Below, one piece after another: positions 60,406 through 64,000 of a stretch of 64,000 nucleotides of DNA. The stretch comes from Candidatus Hadarchaeum yellowstonense (GTDB lineage: Archaea; Hadarchaeota; Hadarchaeia; Hadarchaeales; Hadarchaeaceae): positions 6,028 to 70,027 of the forward strand of contig LQMQ01000007.1 of NCBI GenBank assembly GCA_001515205.2, in the 5' to 3' direction. The position numbers were made by a program, and so were the translations under genes. Each line of letters starts with the position of its first letter. Position 1 is the stretch's first letter. The notes beneath the pieces were generated by a model. It saw nothing but the letters and a program-made list of their open reading frames with translations. It had not been told where the DNA came from and did no database searches.

Positions 60406-61337
60406 CAGCTCTCCCCCAGATATCCCAGATAAATTTCCTCCAGAGAACGTTCCCTCGCCCTCAGGCTGAGGGGAAAGATCTTATTCTGCAAAAAGAACTC
60501 CATGATGGCCGACCTGATGTCCTTCTCCGATCTCACCGTGATGACGTTACCAGACCTGTCGACGCTCTTTACACCGTGAAGCGAGGACAGGTCGTGGACC
60601 AGCTTTGGGGTGATGTTTTCTGCCTCAATGTCAATCACCCAATCCTCCTTGGTTCTGGCTCTCAGCTCCTCGATGGTGCCCAGCGCAACCATCTTTCCCC
60701 GCAACATTATGCCTATGCGGTCACAAATGTGCTGCACATCAGCGAGCATGTGGGAAAGCAACAAAACAGTCGTCTTCTCCTCCTTGCTGATGCGCCTTAG
60801 CAATTCGAGCAGCTCATTTTTTCCCTCGGGATCCAGTCCCTGCGTCGGCTCATCGAAGAAAGCAACCTTGGGCTTTTTTACCAGCACACCGGCAATACCC
60901 ACCCGCTGCCTCATCCCCCGGGAAAGTTTACCAACTTTTGTCTGAGCATATCCTGCGGCCCCAACTGATTCGAGGGCATCCTTGATGCGCCGGCGCGCTT
61001 CGTTCTCCGGGATCTGGTTCAGCTTGGTAATGTATCTCAGATTTTGCTCCGGGGTCAGATCTTCATAGAGTCCTATTCTCTCGGCCAGATATCCGCTGAT
61101 GCTTTTCACCTTCAGGGGTTCTCGAAACGGATCGTGACCGAAAACCCTGCAGGTGCCGGAGGAGGGCTCGGTAAGTCCAAGCAACATCAAAACGGTTGTG
61201 GTCTTGCCCGCCCCGTTCGGGCCCAGCATCCCGAAGAGCTCCCCCGGCTTGATCGAGAGGTTCAGCCGGTCAACTGCGACGAAATCATTGTACTTCTTGG
61301 TCAGGTCATGTGTCTCTATGGCCAAGGTCTGGTCCAT
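60405..61337 (-). CDS. ABC transporter ATP-binding protein (DrrA/ABC-2 type)
   Basis: GMLGPNGAGKTT (Walker A), LSRGMRQRVGIA (signature), VAFFDEPTQGLD (Walker B) and LLLSHML (H loop). Confidence 0.9.
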   Translation of the reverse strand: MDQTLAIETHDLTKKYNDFVAVDRLNLSIKPGELFGMLGPNGAGKTTTVLMLLGLTEPSSGTCRVFGHDPFREPLKVKSISGYLAERIGLYEDLTPEQNLRYITKLNQIPENEARRRIKDALESVGAAGYAQTKVGKLSRGMRQRVGIAGVLVKKPKVAFFDEPTQGLDPEGKNELLELLRRISKEEKTTVLLLSHMLADVQHICDRIGIMLRGKMVALGTIEELRARTKEDWVIDIEAENITPKLVHDLSSLHGVKSVDRSGNVITVRSEKDIRSAIMEFFLQNKIFPLSLRARERSLEEIYLGYLGES

Positions 61338-61341
61338 ATGA

Positions 61342-62556
61342 CTACCTTCTGCCCAGGCGCCAGAATATGAAGACCAATCCTAAGACAACGACGATGATTA
61401 TGGCCAGTCCGACTAATCCCCAAGCAATTGAACCGAGAACCGTCACCCTGAGCTCCAGCGTCTGTGAAACTGAATTCGAGCCGCTGGTGTAAGCAGTGAT
61501 CCGCAAGCTGTAGTCGCCGGGTATGGCGTCAGAAGCTGGTTTTATGCTCACCACAACTTGAGCAGATGATCCTGGTGGAACTGCAGCGATCTGATCGGGC
61601 TCAAAGGTCACCTCCCATCCGCTGGGTGTGATGGATCTGAAGCCGATCTTTTCCAGCGTGCCGGAGCCGGTGTTTTTTACCACCATGGTTAAAGTGGTAA
61701 CTTCTCCCTGCGGAGCATTCAGGTTCAGGAGACCGTCGGAAGTTGACAGCTCCATGGTGTAAGTCCCGGTAATTATCGCCTTCAGGTCCAGGGACTGGCT
61801 GTAGGGTCCCGAGGTCGCCAAAACGGTGATCAAGTACTCCCCCGCATCGGCACCGGAAGCTGGGGTAACTGTTATCCGCAGGGTTTTCCTCTCCCCCGCC
61901 TTCATGTGAACCGCGCGCACCAACGTCGACTCGTATCCGGGTGAAAAGGTGACGGTCCATTGGGCTGGAGCGATGTAAGAGAGATCTATATCCCTTTCCT
62001 CACCAGTATCGTTTACCAAATCCACCGAGAACTGGAAACTCTTTCCCGCCGGTCCCTCAATTGAAGGGCTGGTGGTACTGAGGGTCAGGCCCAGTGGTGA
62101 AACCTCGGCAACATCGATGATGATGCTCAGGGAATCAACCACATTGCCGGACGCATCCTTAGCCTTGATGACCACGGTGAAAGAACCAAGGCTCACGCCA
62201 GTTGGTTGGGTAATCGTGAGGGATAGGGGTTTATTCTCATAGGGTGCTAAAGTGACCATTTTGACCAAGTAACCTCCGCTTTTCAACGTCGCCTGCCATC
62301 CCTGTGGTGCCGTGACCTCCAAGCTCAGCGTCTGATATTCGGCACTGAGATTGTTGATATTCACCGAAAGCTGAATGCTCTGCCCGGGGTTGACCTCAAT
62401 TCTGGGGAAAGAGGTAACTATCTTTACTTCCCCGGAAGCCGCTGTCACCGAGGCTGAACCCAACAGCAAGGCACATAGAAATGCTGAAGTTAGGATCACT
62501 GAAACTCTGCTGGACCAAGCCAAACTGATCACCTTTTTATTAATTGTCAGGGGCAT
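61342..62556 (-). CDS. Cell-surface protein with repeated Ig-like (NEW3/CARDB/COG1470-like) domains, signal peptide and C-terminal TM anchor
   Basis: Signal peptide VSVILTSAFLCALLLGSASVTAAS. Three to four repeats of the pattern (G)xxxxLxLxVxNxG...W.V.F.P. C-terminal SIAWGLVGLAIIIVVVLGLVFIFWRLGRR. I trimmed the start to ATG 62556. Confidence 0.6.
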   Translation of the reverse strand: MPLTINKKVISLAWSSRVSVILTSAFLCALLLGSASVTAASGEVKIVTSFPRIEVNPGQSIQLSVNINNLSAEYQTLSLEVTAPQGWQATLKSGGYLVKMVTLAPYENKPLSLTITQPTGVSLGSFTVVIKAKDASGNVVDSLSIIIDVAEVSPLGLTLSTTSPSIEGPAGKSFQFSVDLVNDTGEERDIDLSYIAPAQWTVTFSPGYESTLVRAVHMKAGERKTLRITVTPASGADAGEYLITVLATSGPYSQSLDLKAIITGTYTMELSTSDGLLNLNAPQGEVTTLTMVVKNTGSGTLEKIGFRSITPSGWEVTFEPDQIAAVPPGSSAQVVVSIKPASDAIPGDYSLRITAYTSGSNSVSQTLELRVTVLGSIAWGLVGLAIIIVVVLGLVFIFWRLGRR

Positions 62557-62611
62557 CTTATTTAAACTTTTATTTTTGTGGAATCCGCACAACTCTTTGA
62601 AAGGGGCAATT

Positions 62612-63013
62612 TTATTTTTTGTTGAATTTTGCCCACCCATTCTTCGCGATTTCCACCCCGGCCACGATCATGGCTATACCTACTATGGTCAGGACGATGC
62701 CGTAGATGGCCTTGCTCCAGTTCGTGGAAAGTTGCGTCCCGCTGGCAACCAGAAGACATATTCCCGCAGCAAGCAGGACGAGGTTCACCCAGGTCTTTCC
62801 CGGCCAGACCCTGCTGGCACCGGCGAAGACCAGCAGTGCACCAGCGGCGATGAGGCCGACGCCAAGTATCAGCGCCACCTCCGTCTGAACCGCGTTCATC
62901 CCTTGGTTTATGAGAATGGCTCCAATCGCGACCAGAGCTATGCCGATTACCATTGTGGCAAATTGTTTCTGCGGACTGGGCGCTGGCGGTGCCTGTGCCA
63001 CTTGCTCGGGCAT
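62612..63013 (-). CDS. Hypothetical 4-TM membrane protein
   Basis: 133 aa with a Pro/Ala-rich N-terminus, then four Gly/Ala/Ile-rich helices. It is the first gene of the apparent surface-protein/ABC operon. Confidence 0.5.
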   Translation of the reverse strand: MPEQVAQAPPAPSPQKQFATMVIGIALVAIGAILINQGMNAVQTEVALILGVGLIAAGALLVFAGASRVWPGKTWVNLVLLAAGICLLVASGTQLSTNWSKAIYGIVLTIVGIAMIVAGVEIAKNGWAKFNKK

Positions 63014-63109
63014 AAACGAAACCCAAGCGATTTTAATTGATTATTTCTAAATAGCTTTTGCTTCCTGACTGTCTTAAATAGTAGACGAAATAAGTTCAAA
63101 CGTGCATGG

Positions 63110-64000
63110 ATGCCCGCTGCTAAAATATTGGCGCTGATTGCAATCGCAGTAGTAGCAGCGGTTGGCGCTGGATTTTTCATCTTTGTGCCGAAAGTTCCCA
63201 CTTCACCGCCGCCTAGCCCAACTGGGAATGAAACAACAACACCGCCGAGAAATCCAAACGCAAATGTGATAGGTTACGTCACGGACAGCTCAGGGAACCC
63301 AATAGCTGGAGTCAAAGTTCATCTGGGTGGCTTGGCCGGTCTTCTGACAACCACCGACTCGACCGGATATTATGAATTTGAGGTAGCCCGGGATGAGAGG
63401 GATTTTGAGATGATATTTGAGAAGGCCGGTTATGACAACGTGATAACGACGATCCACGTGACCGCGACGGGTGTTGCTCAACAAAACGTCAAGATGGTTG
63501 TTTCGGGACATGAACCGGTCACGGTGAAATTCACGCTTACCGTCCCTTATACGATGGCAGGCGACAGCTTTTCGATCCAATTTGGTACTAGTGACCCAAT
63601 CGCGATGCAGCAGGTAAATGAAGTCACTTGGTGCTATCTAAAAGAGGCGACCGCGGGAGATATCTTGACCTACAGGTACCTGGTGAACGATAGCCCCGTG
63701 GGTTCTACAAATTCTCTGAAGGTTGTCAAGATGAATAGGATATATGAAACGCGCAACATGCCAGATTGGCCCAATGTTGATGAGATGAACTATCAGAAGG
63801 TCTTCGATTTCATCCCGTATACAAACAACGGCCTTGCTTCGGACTTGGAGCTCGGCCAGGGTTTCTTTGATCTGTGGGGTATTAACTACAACAAGGTTGG
63901 GCTGGAGAACACCTCAGATGTCGCGGGGCCATCGATGGAAAGGATGAAGGAGAAGATGAACGTCTCATGGGTATTGCTGACCGACTTTGTCGAGTACACC
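63110..64000 (+). CDS. N-terminally anchored surface protein with carboxypeptidase-regulatory-like (CarboxypepD_reg) domain; 3' end off the window
   Basis: Not in the ORF track because there is no stop inside the window. My translation is MPAAKILALIAIAVVAAVGAGFFIFVPKVPTSPPPSPTGNETTTPPRNPNANVIGYVTDSSGNPIAGVKVHLGGLAGLLTTTDSTGYYEFEV...VTVKFTLTVPYTMAGDSFSIQFGTSDPIAM..., open to nt 64000 (297 codons). A TATA-like GTCTTAAATAG lies about 30 nt upstream. Confidence 0.6.
   Translation, partial: MPAAKILALIAIAVVAAVGAGFFIFVPKVPTSPPPSPTGNETTTPPRNPNANVIGYVTDSSGNPIAGVKVHLGGLAGLLTTTDSTGYYEFEVARDERDFEMIFEKAGYDNVITTIHVTATGVAQQNVKMVVSGHEPVTVKFTLTVPYTMAGDSFSIQFGTSDPIAMQQVNEVTWCYLKEATAGDILTYRYLVNDSPVGSTNSLKVVKMNRIYETRNMPDWPNVDEMNYQKVFDFIPYTNNGLASDLELGQGFFDLWGINYNKVGLENTSDVAGPSMERMKEKMNVSWVLLTDFVEYT

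Overview
Gene-dense, almost fully coding chromosomal segment of an archaeon. The lineage is most likely TACK/Thermoproteota (Bathyarchaeia- or Thaumarchaeota-like). Supporting markers are a crenarchaeal-type single-OB SSB, a eukaryote-type topoisomerase IB, an archaeal histone, aEF-1beta, Nop5-fibrillarin, S24e-S27ae, family-B DNA polymerase, proteasome beta and two Tfx regulators. A/T-rich TATA-like boxes lie about 25-35 nt upstream of many starts, and operon-internal genes often use TTG/GTG/ATG starts preceded by GGTGA-type Shine-Dalgarno sequences.

I call 70 protein-coding genes, one tRNA-Arg(GCG) and a few candidate promoters. Three of the genes are absent from the supplied ORF track: two ORFs that run off the window edges and a 55-aa rpS27ae. 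I saw no CRISPR array, rRNA, transposase, integrase or obvious defence island, so most of the window is housekeeping.

The most unusual content is a set of dispersed molybdenum-hydroxylase and ring-amidohydrolase genes:
- A cyclic amidohydrolase, an SsnA-like aminohydrolase, a DHODH/PreA-like Fe-S flavoprotein, XdhC and MocA at 7.3-13.3 kb.
- The moaC-moaB-moeA operon at 18.3-20.5 kb.
- A YgeW-like carbamoyltransferase next to a three-subunit xanthine-dehydrogenase-family operon with a MoaD-like ubiquitin-fold gene at 54.5-59.5 kb.

Together these resemble the bacterial ygeW-hyuA-ssnA-xdhD anaerobic purine-catabolism neighbourhood, for which I know of no described archaeal counterpart.

Several enzymes also deviate at catalytic motifs:
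- An ADP-forming acyl-CoA synthetase alpha-like subunit lacks the phosphohistidine loop.
- The PreA-like flavoprotein lacks the catalytic Cys loop.
- A secretion ATPase has a Gly-to-Ala P-loop change and a 4x CxxC N-terminal extension.
- The proteasome beta subunit has a one-residue-shorter N-terminal strand.

All family assignments come from reading motifs by eye and from reference sequences recalled from memory. None was verified by a database search.
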